From Candidatus Oxydemutatoraceae bacterium (lineage in GTDB: Bacteria > Pseudomonadota > Gammaproteobacteria > Poriferisulfidales > Oxydemutatoraceae), in assembly GCA_965218975.1 (NCBI GenBank), contig OZ244717.1, positions 1,248,001 through 1,312,000 of the forward strand: a stretch of 64,000 nucleotides of DNA, read 5' to 3'. A program made the translations under genes and the position numbers. Below are positions 40,222 through 49,791 of this stretch, piece after piece. Each line of letters opens with the position of its first letter. The first letter of the stretch is position 1. Below the pieces are notes generated by a model that was not told where the DNA came from, made no database searches, and was given only the letters and a program-made list of their open reading frames with translations.

Positions 40222-40872
40222 ATGAGACCGGCCCAATACGTGGGAGCATTGTGTGGGTTGAATTTTGAAAATACGTTTAATCCTTATTCAGACCGTTGTG
40301 TTGTTCACGACTTGGATGACGCACCGCGCAGTAGAGCACAGATGTTGCAATCCATGCTTGAGGTAGCAACAGAACAGGAAATTGATTCTCTCTGGATTGG
40401 ACGCGATCTGGGTCATCGCGGCGGCAGGAGAACAGGGCTTGCCTTCACAGATGATGTTCATATTCATGCTCACATTCGGCGGTGGGGTTTATCTATAAAT
40501 CATCGGCCAACGAGGGGGAAAGTGGTTATTGAGCGAACTGCGGCTGTCATCTGGCAGGCTCTTTCACGAGTTAACGCATCTGTCTTTCTTTGGAATGTTT
40601 TTCCACTACACCCCCACGAGCCTCACAACCCTTTCAGTAATCGCCCTCATAATTCTTGCGAGCAACGGTCCGGTGAGGAATTTCTCTCTCAACTTATTCT
40701 GCTGTTGAAACCGGATCAATTGATTGCAATAGGCAATGATGCAATGCAAACAGTGCTCCGCTTATGCGCTCGAGACAAAGTTATTCAAGTACGTCATCCC
40801 AGTTATGGTGGACAAACGCAATTTTTAGCGCAAATGCGTAAACTGTACGATCTGAATGGAAGTATTGTCTAG
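40222..40872 (+). CDS. Uracil-DNA glycosylase superfamily protein
   Basis: FNPY, GRDLG.RGGRRTGLAFTD, WNVFPLHPH, NR, RHPSYGG. Confidence 0.88.
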   Translation: MRPAQYVGALCGLNFENTFNPYSDRCVVHDLDDAPRSRAQMLQSMLEVATEQEIDSLWIGRDLGHRGGRRTGLAFTDDVHIHAHIRRWGLSINHRPTRGKVVIERTAAVIWQALSRVNASVFLWNVFPLHPHEPHNPFSNRPHNSCEQRSGEEFLSQLILLLKPDQLIAIGNDAMQTVLRLCARDKVIQVRHPSYGGQTQFLAQMRKLYDLNGSIV

Positions 40873-40882
40873 GACATTAACT

Positions 40883-41095
40883 TGTACTGTTCAGATACAT
40901 ACGGAACTCATGGCACGGACTCAAAAAGTGTCCGATATGCGGTATTGGCACATCGGTCATCGCATCAAAGGTTTCTATTGTAAAATGATCGTTTTAGCTC
41001 CAAAGATGGAGGCTATGATAACAACCGGTGCCAACAAGAGAAACACGATGCCTTCATTTTGGGAAGGTTGTAGCTTCCGGACATATTCAAGGTCA
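40883..41095 (+). mobile_element. Decayed left end and transposase N-terminus of IS481-like element
   Basis: Homologous to 7776-7985 (TGTACTGTTCAGATACAT...HIGHRIKGFY...FWEGC). Confidence 0.8.
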
Positions 41096-41366
41096 GCCGA
41101 CGATCAGTGCGATGTACTGAGCTACGAGACCACGGTCACCGCCAAAGTCACCGACACACATCCGGCTTCAATGTCGTTGATCCGGAATCCCGCTGGTACA
41201 GCATCTATGCGTTGGACGCTCTCGGCCAGATGATACACATCGCTCGTGACCAGATTGGAAGCGGTTTCAATATGATAAATTAACAATATGGGACGCTGCA
41301 TGACACCGGTATATATTGTCGTTTAGAGAAAACGGCGAATTGTAGAGTTACAAGGTCAAAGCGACT

Positions 41367-42299
41367 ATGGAATTGAAGCCTTCTATAACCTCACCTGCTA
41401 GTGAACCATCCGAATGTTTCCGGAATACCGACGGTGGGTGGGCATTGCCGCTAGAAATCGGAACGCAGCGAATATGTCGGTGCAAAGTCAACCATATCAA
41501 TTGTTTGAGCGCCAAGGAGTGGCTGAAGAATCAGTTGGGAGTATGGAGGTTCAACTACGAGGACAGGGACATCCGCGACAAGGCAGTTCATCCGGCCACG
41601 TACCCTATCGCTCTTGCACGGCGCGTCATAGAGCAATTTACCCATGAAGGCGAATTAGTGCTTGATCCGTTCGTGGGCAGCGGAACGTCGTTGCTGGCTG
41701 CGCAGGATACGAACCGGAATGCCGTCGGATTTAATTTGTCGTCAGCCTATGTGGACCTGTGCCGTAAAAGGACTGCGCAACAAAGCTTAGTTCAACATGC
41801 TCAGCAAGTTGCAGTGCAAGATGATGCTCGGAACATACCGAAATATCTGGCCGAGGAAACTGTCAGCCTCATCGTCACATCCCCGCCGTATGCTAATCTT
41901 CTGAATCGCAAGCGACAAAATAAATCCAGGCGCGACCGACGCAATGACCAGCTTGACAAGGTTGAGCAGTATTCGCAAGACCCGCGAGACTTAGGAACGA
42001 TGAACCTCGATTTGTATACGGAGAATATGGAAGCGATCTTTGCATCCCTGTTGCCGTTGCTTCGTCCGAAAGCGCATTGCGTTATTAATGTTCCTGATAT
42101 GTGGTGGGAGAATGAACGGATTACAATCCATGTTGCATTGATTGAAGAATTGCGCCGCTGCGGCTACGAACTTCGCAATATCATCATTTGGGATCGCACA
42201 AACATTGTAAATCGGATTGGAATCTTCGGTTGGCCGAGCAACTACATCACGATGGGCACCACATTCGAATATCTGTTGGATTTCTGGCGGCCGGAATGA
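41367..42299 (+). CDS. Orphan N4-C/N6-A DNA methyltransferase
   Basis: HPATYP, VLDPFVGSGT, IVTSPPY, IIWD. Confidence 0.88.
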   Translation: MELKPSITSPASEPSECFRNTDGGWALPLEIGTQRICRCKVNHINCLSAKEWLKNQLGVWRFNYEDRDIRDKAVHPATYPIALARRVIEQFTHEGELVLDPFVGSGTSLLAAQDTNRNAVGFNLSSAYVDLCRKRTAQQSLVQHAQQVAVQDDARNIPKYLAEETVSLIVTSPPYANLLNRKRQNKSRRDRRNDQLDKVEQYSQDPRDLGTMNLDLYTENMEAIFASLLPLLRPKAHCVINVPDMWWENERITIHVALIEELRRCGYELRNIIIWDRTNIVNRIGIFGWPSNYITMGTTFEYLLDFWRPE

Positions 42300-42396
42300 A
42301 TTATTTCACCAAAGCGCTCAGAAAGTTACGAAAGGCAGTAGCAAGCAATCCACAGGTGAGTTCAGAAGCGTAATAATTTCATAGGAATTACTATAA

Positions 42397-43662
42397 ATGT
42401 TCAGATTTATACATGCTGCAGACATCCACCTCGATAGTTCACTACACGGCTTGGAGCGATATGAAGGAGCTCCAGTAGATGAGATCCGAAGCGCCACCCG
42501 CCGAGCTTTTGATAATTTAATCAAACTTGCAATTGATGAAGAAGTGGCATTTGTGCTGCTGGCCGGGGACTTGTACGACGGCGACTGGAAGGATTACAAC
42601 ACGGGGCTCTATTTTGTAGAACGTATGAGTAGGTTGCGAGAAGAAGATATCCGCGTTTTCATTGTGGCAGGAAACCATGATGCTGCCAGCCAAATCACCA
42701 AACACCTTCAATTACCTGAAAACGTAACTCTATTTTCAACCAAGAATCCGGAAAGGATTGACCTAGATGACCTAAATGTAGCTGTATATGGGCAGGGCTT
42801 CGCAAAACGGGCAGTAATGGACGATCTTTCACAGGCATATCCACAAGGGAACTCACAACTCTTTAATATTGGCCTGCTGCACACTTGCCTAGAGGGTAAG
42901 GTAGGCCATGAGCCCTATGCGCCTTGCACTGTAGAAGGGCTACGATCCAAAGGATACCAGTACTGGGCTCTGGGTCATGTCCATAAACGGGAGGAGGTAA
43001 GTCAGGATCCATGGATTGTATTTCCTGGGAATATCCAGGGACGACACATCCGTGAGGCAGGTCCAAAGGGCTGTACCTTGGTTACAGTTGAAAACGGAGA
43101 GATTGTGGAGCTGAAACACTGTGAACTGGATGTGATGCGCTGGACTCTGTGTGAACTTGATGTTTCTGTTAGTGAGACAGTGGATGATGTCTATGAGCAA
43201 GTTCGTAAAGGACTGCAGACTGAATTAGATGCTGCCGAAGGGAGGCCAATTGCTGTTCGCTTAGTCTTACAAGGAGAATGTTCTGCCCATTCAGCATTAC
43301 AAGCGGGTCGGGACCGCTGGGTACAGGAGTATCGTGCCCTGGCAACTGGACTCGGTGGAGCAGGTGTCTGGCTTGAGAAGGTTATCATCAAGGTAACACC
43401 GTCTGTTTCCACTGATGTGATTCTTGCGCGCAATGATGCGTTGGGGGGCCTAATGCGTACTATCCGAGATATGAAGCTGGATGCCACGGCTTTAGAGGGT
43501 CTCGCCGATGAGATATCCGCACTTCGACAGAAACTTCCTGCTGAACTGTTGGGAGGCGATGACCCCTTTGATCCTACCAAACCGGAATTACTTAAAGATG
43601 CCCTAGAGGATATCAAAGAGCTTCTCGTTAACCGCCTGTTGTCCACGGAGAAAGGGCCATGA
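42397..43662 (+). CDS. Mre11/SbcD-like metallophosphoesterase (YhaO type)
   Basis: HAADIHLD, AGDLYD, GNHD, LLH, WALGHVH, FPGNIQGRH. Confidence 0.92.
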   Translation: MFRFIHAADIHLDSSLHGLERYEGAPVDEIRSATRRAFDNLIKLAIDEEVAFVLLAGDLYDGDWKDYNTGLYFVERMSRLREEDIRVFIVAGNHDAASQITKHLQLPENVTLFSTKNPERIDLDDLNVAVYGQGFAKRAVMDDLSQAYPQGNSQLFNIGLLHTCLEGKVGHEPYAPCTVEGLRSKGYQYWALGHVHKREEVSQDPWIVFPGNIQGRHIREAGPKGCTLVTVENGEIVELKHCELDVMRWTLCELDVSVSETVDDVYEQVRKGLQTELDAAEGRPIAVRLVLQGECSAHSALQAGRDRWVQEYRALATGLGGAGVWLEKVIIKVTPSVSTDVILARNDALGGLMRTIRDMKLDATALEGLADEISALRQKLPAELLGGDDPFDPTKPELLKDALEDIKELLVNRLLSTEKGP

Positions 43663-46600
43663 TGATTCATGAGTTGTGTCTTGCCGCATTCGGGCCCTTT
43701 ACCGATAAAGTATTGGTTTTTGATGGGGCAAGGCTCCATATTGTCTACGGACCTAATGAGGCAGGGAAGAGTGCTGCTCTTCGGGGTTTGAAAGCCCTGT
43801 TGTATGGCATAGAAGAACGTACTCTCGACAACTTCCTTCACGTCAACGACAAGCTCCGTATACATGGTTATTTACGGAAAGCTAATGGACATGAGCTTAA
43901 GTTGGTTCGGCGTAAAGGCCGAAAAAATACGTTATTAACTCTTGATGGTGAAGTACTTAGTGGTGAGGTGCTGGTACCCTTTCTTCATGGCGTTACTTCG
44001 GAGCTCTTCGAGACGCTTTTTGGGATTGATCACAGGGCATTGGTACAAGGGGGGCAAGAAATTCTTGAGCAGAAGGGAGAAGTCGGACAGGCACTTTTTT
44101 CGGCAGCGCTTGGCAGCCAAGCACACACTGTACTTGCACAACTGAATGAAGAGGCTGATGCTCTTTTTCGACCAAGGGGCTCAACACAGAAGATCAATTC
44201 AGCGTTAAAGTCGTATGCAGAATTTCGCAAGAAGATCAGGGAGCAATCCCTCTCATCCGGAAAATGGGATGAGCAACGCCATGTTTTGGAGCAAACGATG
44301 AAGGAACTGGAGAAAATTCAATCTCAACTAGCGGACAACAGGATTAAGGTAAACCATTTAAAGCGTATCCGGCGAGTTTTACCGAAACTTGCCAAGCGTC
44401 GTGAACTTCTTCAGAAATTGGAATTGTTAAAAGATGTCGTCCTCCTTCCGGATGATTTTTCAGGCCGTCGGCAAAGGGCAATGAATAAGTTGGAAACAGC
44501 TCAGGTCATAGTTGGGAAGGCAAGCCCTCGTCTCGAAGAATTGCAGGAACGGCTAGGAGGGTTATCAACAAACCAAGAATTGTTAGATCAGGCAGAAAAC
44601 ATTGAAGATCTACATGCGCGCCTTGGAGGTCATCGAAAAGCACAGCAAGACCGACCATATCTTGAATCAGAAGTCAAACAACTACTGACAGATACTGAAT
44701 CCATACTCAAAGAGATTCGTCCTGATCTCGAACTAAAGGATATCGAGGAATTACGTCCAGTATTAACTAGACGGCAGGCTATAACCAAGTTGGCCAGTAA
44801 GAATACCAGACTGAATGCTAGTATAGAACAGTTAGAGTCCAGTTTGCGTGAAACAGAAACGCGGTTGAGGAAAGCCCGCAAAGAGCGTGATGAGGTCCCC
44901 GCGTCAGGCTCTACAGACACATTGCATCGAACGATTGCAGCAGCTAGGAAACAGGGAGAATTAGATGCCTTGGTTAAATCCACTCAAGGTCAGCTTACAA
45001 GCCTGCAGACAGATTACACTGCTAGTCTCTCGCGACTCACGCTTTGGGATGGTGAATTGGAAGATTTAGCTGGTTTGAAGATGCCCAACCGAGAAAGCAT
45101 TAATCAATTTGAAAAGGTATCAGACAAAATTGAAAACAATTTTCAGCGGTTTGAAGAGAAGAGAAAAGAGACGATTAATTCCCTACAAAATATCTCGCAG
45201 AGACTTGATGAGATTGAGCGTATAGGGAAAGTACCTACGGAGGCAGCCCTCACTAATGCCAGATCCGAACGTGATCAGGTGTGGCAGTTGCTACGTCGGC
45301 AGTGGGTGGAAGGTGAAGACGTGTCAGCCGAGGCAAGTTATCACCAAGGTGAAGGAACATTGCCGGATGTATTCGAAAACCGGCTTGAAAATGCCGATGA
45401 AATGTCTGATCGTTTGCGCCGTGAAGCGGACCGGGTCCATGAATTGGCAAACCTTCAGTCCAAGCAGGAAGGTGGGCTAAGGCAAGTAGAGAAGATAGAC
45501 AAGCAGCTTGAGGCAACTACCGCCGAAAAGGACCAGCTTGTTACTGACTGGCAGCAATTGTGGACGCCTTGTCAGATTGTTCCGCGCAGTCCGCGTGAGA
45601 TGCGCGCTTGGCTGGATAATTTCGAAAAACTTCGTGAGCGGGTGGAACAGTTGAATTTGCTTCGCCAGAAAGTGAAAGAGCTTCAGCAAAATCGTAAGAT
45701 GCGTATCCAGCTGCTTAATGAGCAGTTAGCAGGGCTGGGAAGGGCGGGCTCGACGTCGGGGGAGCTTGAAACCGTACTCTTGGAATGCGAAACGTTTGCT
45801 AAACAGCTTGATGGTGCCAAACAGAAACGCGATTCGTTGGATAAGGAGGCCAAAGACCGGGAAATAACTGTTGAATCGTTGAGAGAAGAACATCGACTGG
45901 CAACCGAAAAGCTTGAAGCATGGAAGACGCAGTGGGGTGAGTTGATGCAGGGTCTTGGTCTGCAAAGCGAGACTTTACCATCAGAAGTTGACGATTTCAT
46001 TGATAAGGTCAAGGAATTATTCTCAAAACAGCACGAAGTAGAAAAACTGCGAATACGCATCAATGCTATCGACACAGATTCAACGTCTTTCTGCAGTCAG
46101 GTGAAGGTCATGGTTGCTACGATTGCCTTGGAACTTCTTAGTGATTTGTCTGCAGATGATGCCGTCATGCGTCTCAATTCGCTGTTATCGGAAAACCGAT
46201 CAAAACAAACAAAGCGACAACAGATTGAAGAGCAAGTTGAACAAGTGAAGCAGGAAATACAGGAGTCGAAAGGATCTATCCGTACTATGACGGATCTGCT
46301 GGATGCATTATGTGTAGAGGCGAAATGTGGTAACCACAATCAGCTAGAAGAGGCCGAACGCAGGTCGTCAGATCGTCTTAGAATCAAAGAGTCAATCAAT
46401 ACGGTTGAACAAGGGGTTCTGGAGACAGGCGAAGGTATAACCATTGCAGAGTTGGAGGCCGAAGTTGAAGGGATAAAACCGGATATGCTGCCCGGGCAAA
46501 TCAAAGAGTTGAATAATAAGATTGATAATGAACTCGAGCCAAAACGGACTGAACTGGCGGAGAAAAAGGGACGTGAAGAAAGGGAACTTGAGCGCATGGA

Positions 46601-47147
46601 TGGCAGTGATGACGTGGCGGAGCTTGCTGACCAAGCCCACGCTATCCTTGCCAATATTCGTTCAGAGGCTGAACGCTATATTCGAGTAAAACTCGCCAGA
46701 AAGATATTGTATGACCAGATTGAGCTTTATCGAAAAGAAAACCAAGGGCCGCTGGTCAAGCGTGCCAGTGAGCACTTTTCCAGACTGACGCTTGGGTCAT
46801 TTTATAGGCTCATTGCTGATATTAATGATAAGGATGAGCCTGTTCTTGCTGGGATCCGGTCAACTGGGAAGCAAGTATATGTGGAAGGAATGAGCACCGG
46901 AACTCGAGACCAGCTATATCTTGCATTGCGTTTGGCCTCACTAGAAAAATATATGGAAAGGTCCGAGTCGATGCCTTTCATTGTTGACGATATACTTGTG
47001 GACTTTGATGATGATCGTTCACAAGCAGCATTGAATTCCTTGGCGGAATTAGCTGAAAAGACACAAGTTATCCTATTTACTCATCACGTGCAGGTTGTTG
47101 AGCAGTCAAAGCAACTGAATGCGCCGGTACAGGTGCATGAGTTGTAG
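43659..47147 (+). CDS. Rad50/SbcC-like coiled-coil ATPase (YhaN type)
   Basis: GPNEAGKS, long coiled coil, MSTGTRDQLYLALRLA, IVDDILVDFDD, FTHH. Confidence 0.92.
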   Translation: MMIHELCLAAFGPFTDKVLVFDGARLHIVYGPNEAGKSAALRGLKALLYGIEERTLDNFLHVNDKLRIHGYLRKANGHELKLVRRKGRKNTLLTLDGEVLSGEVLVPFLHGVTSELFETLFGIDHRALVQGGQEILEQKGEVGQALFSAALGSQAHTVLAQLNEEADALFRPRGSTQKINSALKSYAEFRKKIREQSLSSGKWDEQRHVLEQTMKELEKIQSQLADNRIKVNHLKRIRRVLPKLAKRRELLQKLELLKDVVLLPDDFSGRRQRAMNKLETAQVIVGKASPRLEELQERLGGLSTNQELLDQAENIEDLHARLGGHRKAQQDRPYLESEVKQLLTDTESILKEIRPDLELKDIEELRPVLTRRQAITKLASKNTRLNASIEQLESSLRETETRLRKARKERDEVPASGSTDTLHRTIAAARKQGELDALVKSTQGQLTSLQTDYTASLSRLTLWDGELEDLAGLKMPNRESINQFEKVSDKIENNFQRFEEKRKETINSLQNISQRLDEIERIGKVPTEAALTNARSERDQVWQLLRRQWVEGEDVSAEASYHQGEGTLPDVFENRLENADEMSDRLRREADRVHELANLQSKQEGGLRQVEKIDKQLEATTAEKDQLVTDWQQLWTPCQIVPRSPREMRAWLDNFEKLRERVEQLNLLRQKVKELQQNRKMRIQLLNEQLAGLGRAGSTSGELETVLLECETFAKQLDGAKQKRDSLDKEAKDREITVESLREEHRLATEKLEAWKTQWGELMQGLGLQSETLPSEVDDFIDKVKELFSKQHEVEKLRIRINAIDTDSTSFCSQVKVMVATIALELLSDLSADDAVMRLNSLLSENRSKQTKRQQIEEQVEQVKQEIQESKGSIRTMTDLLDALCVEAKCGNHNQLEEAERRSSDRLRIKESINTVEQGVLETGEGITIAELEAEVEGIKPDMLPGQIKELNNKIDNELEPKRTELAEKKGREERELERMDGSDDVAELADQAHAILANIRSEAERYIRVKLARKILYDQIELYRKENQGPLVKRASEHFSRLTLGSFYRLIADINDKDEPVLAGIRSTGKQVYVEGMSTGTRDQLYLALRLASLEKYMERSESMPFIVDDILVDFDDDRSQAALNSLAELAEKTQVILFTHHVQVVEQSKQLNAPVQVHEL

Positions 47148-47273
47148 TCAAGCGGAATGAGGGATCTGAATGACAAACTATAAAGTGCATAAATGGATGT
47201 ACCAAAAAGCTTTTGATTAGGAACATGTGGTTGGAAGGACTCCAATGCTGGCGTTCCATTGTCTTCGCGAGGT

Positions 47274-47674
47274 TGTACAATGCATAAGCTCAGAAACATT
47301 TGGCATTCCTGCCGACAGGAGGTGTGGCCTTGCAAATCCGACATATAGGCTATCGAATCCGGGGTTTTACCGGATCGCTAAAATCGGGCATAGTTGGGAT
47401 ACTATGGCTTACGATGCAAAACAACGACTCAAAATTCTCACCTTTTGGCAAAATCACGGCACAGCGGCTGGACGAGACTTTGGTTCTGTCAACAAGCCCC
47501 AGCCCCGACGTCCTTGTCGGGTCGTTCGCCGCTGAAAACCGATCGGTTTTCCGGGCGCGTCTCACCCTGCACCGCCTTCATGCCGGCAACGGACAGAAAG
47601 CACCGATCCGAATGTTACTGCCGAACGCTTCCCTCGAAGCCCTTCAAAAATCCCATTTAGAGTGGCATCGTACA
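47274..47674 (+). mobile_element. Internally deleted IS481-like element with hairpin repeat (47471-47570) replacing most of the transposase
   Basis: TGTACAATGC ... GGCATCGTACA; HIGYRIRGF and AKQRLKILTFWQNHG N-terminus; tail near-identical to 9464-9569. Confidence 0.85.
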
Positions 47675-47679
47675 AGTTC

Positions 47680-47708
47680 TTGCATTACTTAAAAAAATAC
47701 TATACGAT
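47680..47708 (+). promoter_or_regulatory. Candidate sigma70 promoter of rimP-nusA-infB
   Basis: TTGCAT-N17-TACGAT. Confidence 0.6.
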
Positions 47709-47734
47709 GAAACATTAACAGACTGGTGGATAAT

Positions 47735-47767
47735 AACAAAAGCCCCTGCATTCTCAGGGGCTTTGTT
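47735..47767 (+). terminator. rimP leader hairpin (attenuator/terminator-like)
   Basis: AACAAAAGCCCCTG-CATTCT-CAGGGGCTTTGTT. Confidence 0.65.
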
Positions 47768-47804
47768 GTTTGGAAACGAGTATTTTCACTAATGAAGGTG
47801 GTTT

Positions 47805-48272
47805 ATGGCTTACCGCAATATTGCATCAGTCGTGAAACCGGTTGTTGAAGCAATGGGTTATGACTGCTGGGGCATACAATTTAGCACGTATAAAAGGCGT
47901 GCTTTATTACGTGTGTTTATTGACCATGCAGACGGTATTTCCCTGGATGATTGTTCGTCGGTGAGCGGACAGCTTAGCGGCGTGCTTGATGTGGAGAATG
48001 TAATCAACTGCCCGTACACTTTGGAAGTTTCTTCTCCGGGGTTGGAAAGACCATTATTGGAGTGTGGTCAGTACCGCCGCTATATCGGTGCGAAAATTAA
48101 AGTGCATTGCCATACTGCGATTGATAATAGGAAAAAAATAGCGGGAGTGCTGAAAGCGGTTTCCGATGAAATGATTAAGCTGAAAGTTGATGCCGGTTGC
48201 ATTGAAGTTCCTTTTACGGAAATAAGCCGAGCGAATCTTATTTATGACGAATATCGGAGAGGCAGGACATGA
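47805..48272 (+). CDS. rimP: Ribosome maturation factor RimP
   Basis: LRVFID, LDDC..VS, YTLEVSSPGLERPL. Confidence 0.96.
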   Translation: MAYRNIASVVKPVVEAMGYDCWGIQFSTYKRRALLRVFIDHADGISLDDCSSVSGQLSGVLDVENVINCPYTLEVSSPGLERPLLECGQYRRYIGAKIKVHCHTAIDNRKKIAGVLKAVSDEMIKLKVDAGCIEVPFTEISRANLIYDEYRRGRT

Positions 48273-49789
48273 ATAGGGAATTATTAATGGCGATTGATTC
48301 GACCTGTAATGAAAAAGGACTGGATAAAGATGATGTTTTCAGTGCGCTTGAATCCGCATTGGCTGTTGCCGTTCGTCGTAAAAGAGGTCATCATATGGAT
48401 ATCCGCGTTGCGATGGACCGAGAATCCGGGAAATGTGAAATTTTTCGTCGGTGGCAAGTAATTGACGATGAAGATCCGGCTTTTGAATCACCGGAGTACC
48501 ATATTCTTCTTAAACAAGCACGGGAGCAGGATGCGGGTATTCAATGTGGCGATTATATTGAGGAACAACAGGAAGACGCCGATTTTGGACGCATTTCCAT
48601 ACACACCACGAAGCAAGTCATTTTTCATAAAATGCGTGAAGCGGAAAGGGCGCAAGTCGTTAAACGATATCGCGATCGTGTCGGCGGTTTGGAAATGTGT
48701 GTTGTAAAACGCGAAGATTATAATGGCGTGTATGTTGATTTAGGAGATAACGCAGAGGGCTTTATTCCGCGCGAACATACAATTTTGCGCGAAAACTTCC
48801 GACCGGGCGATAGGATGCGTGCTTATCTGTTAAAAGTTGATGAAGAAGAACGTGGCTCTCAGTTGATTTTATCGCGCACTGTGCCTGAGTTTCTGCTGGA
48901 GCTATTTCGTTTGGAAGTGCCTGAAGTGGGTCAAGAGTTGATCAACCTGATGGGTGCGGTGCGTGACCCGGGGCTGCGCGCTAAAATTTCAGTACGTTCG
49001 AATGATCTACGGCTCGACCCGGTCGGAGCTTGTGTCGGGATGCGCGGTTCGCGAGTGCAGGCAGTGTCCAACGAACTTGCGGGCGAACGTATTGACATTA
49101 TTTTATGGGATGAAAATCCGGCGCAATATGTTATCAATGCGATGTCCCCGGCGGCGGTTGTGTCTATTGTCGTTGATGAAGATAAAAAAAGCATGGAAGT
49201 TGCGGTTGAAGAAGAAAAATTATCTCAGGCAATCGGGCGTGGCGGACAGAATATTCGTCTTGCCAGCAAACTGGTTGGTTGGAAGTTGGATGTGATGAGC
49301 GAGCATCAAGCCGAAGAGAAAAATGAAGAAGAAACAAAACGGTTGCAACAATTATTCAGAGATAAGTTGGATGTTGACGAGGAAGTTGCGGCAATTTTAG
49401 TGCAAGAAGGTTTTTCCAGCATTGATGAGATTGTTTATTTACCCCAAGAGGATTTGCTTAAGATTGAGGAGTTTGATCAGACAATGGTGGATGAAATGCG
49501 CACGCGTGCAAGCGATGCCTTATTGTCAATGGCGATTTCCGGGGAGATTGATGATACGGAAAAAGAGTGCAAGGATGACTTGGCAAGTTTGGATGATATT
49601 GACAAACATACGATTGAGCTGCTTGCGGAGAAAGGGATTACTACCATGCAAGACCTTGCCGACCAAGCGGTGGATGACTTGCTTGAAGTTGAAGGAATGA
49701 ATCAAGAACGTGCCGCCGCATTAATTATGGCGGCGCGCGCACCTTTATTCGAAAAAGAAATGCGTAAAGAAGAGGAGGCGGCAGAATAA
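48269..49789 (+). CDS. nusA: Transcription factor NusA
   Basis: S1/KH motifs, RDPG.RAKI, GACVGMRGSRVQ, AIGRGGQN, acidic repeats. Confidence 0.97.
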   Translation: MNRELLMAIDSTCNEKGLDKDDVFSALESALAVAVRRKRGHHMDIRVAMDRESGKCEIFRRWQVIDDEDPAFESPEYHILLKQAREQDAGIQCGDYIEEQQEDADFGRISIHTTKQVIFHKMREAERAQVVKRYRDRVGGLEMCVVKREDYNGVYVDLGDNAEGFIPREHTILRENFRPGDRMRAYLLKVDEEERGSQLILSRTVPEFLLELFRLEVPEVGQELINLMGAVRDPGLRAKISVRSNDLRLDPVGACVGMRGSRVQAVSNELAGERIDIILWDENPAQYVINAMSPAAVVSIVVDEDKKSMEVAVEEEKLSQAIGRGGQNIRLASKLVGWKLDVMSEHQAEEKNEEETKRLQQLFRDKLDVDEEVAAILVQEGFSSIDEIVYLPQEDLLKIEEFDQTMVDEMRTRASDALLSMAISGEIDDTEKECKDDLASLDDIDKHTIELLAEKGITTMQDLADQAVDDLLEVEGMNQERAAALIMAARAPLFEKEMRKEEEAAE

Positions 49790-49791
49790 AT

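Larger units (their letters stand above)
23230..47674. mobile_element. Defence-type genomic island between tRNA-fMet and rimP
   Basis: Interrupts the usual tRNA-Met-rimP adjacency; RM, nuclease and TIR cargo; IS481-like relics at both borders and inside. Confidence 0.85.

Noticed and set aside
41115-41283. Remnant of a cognate restriction endonuclease upstream of the MTase
   Set aside because: A short open frame exists but shows no recognisable motif.
23225-47679. Whole island as one composite transposon or att-integrated element
   Set aside because: Flanks ACCGT and AGTTC do not match; no tRNA 3' duplication or integrase found.
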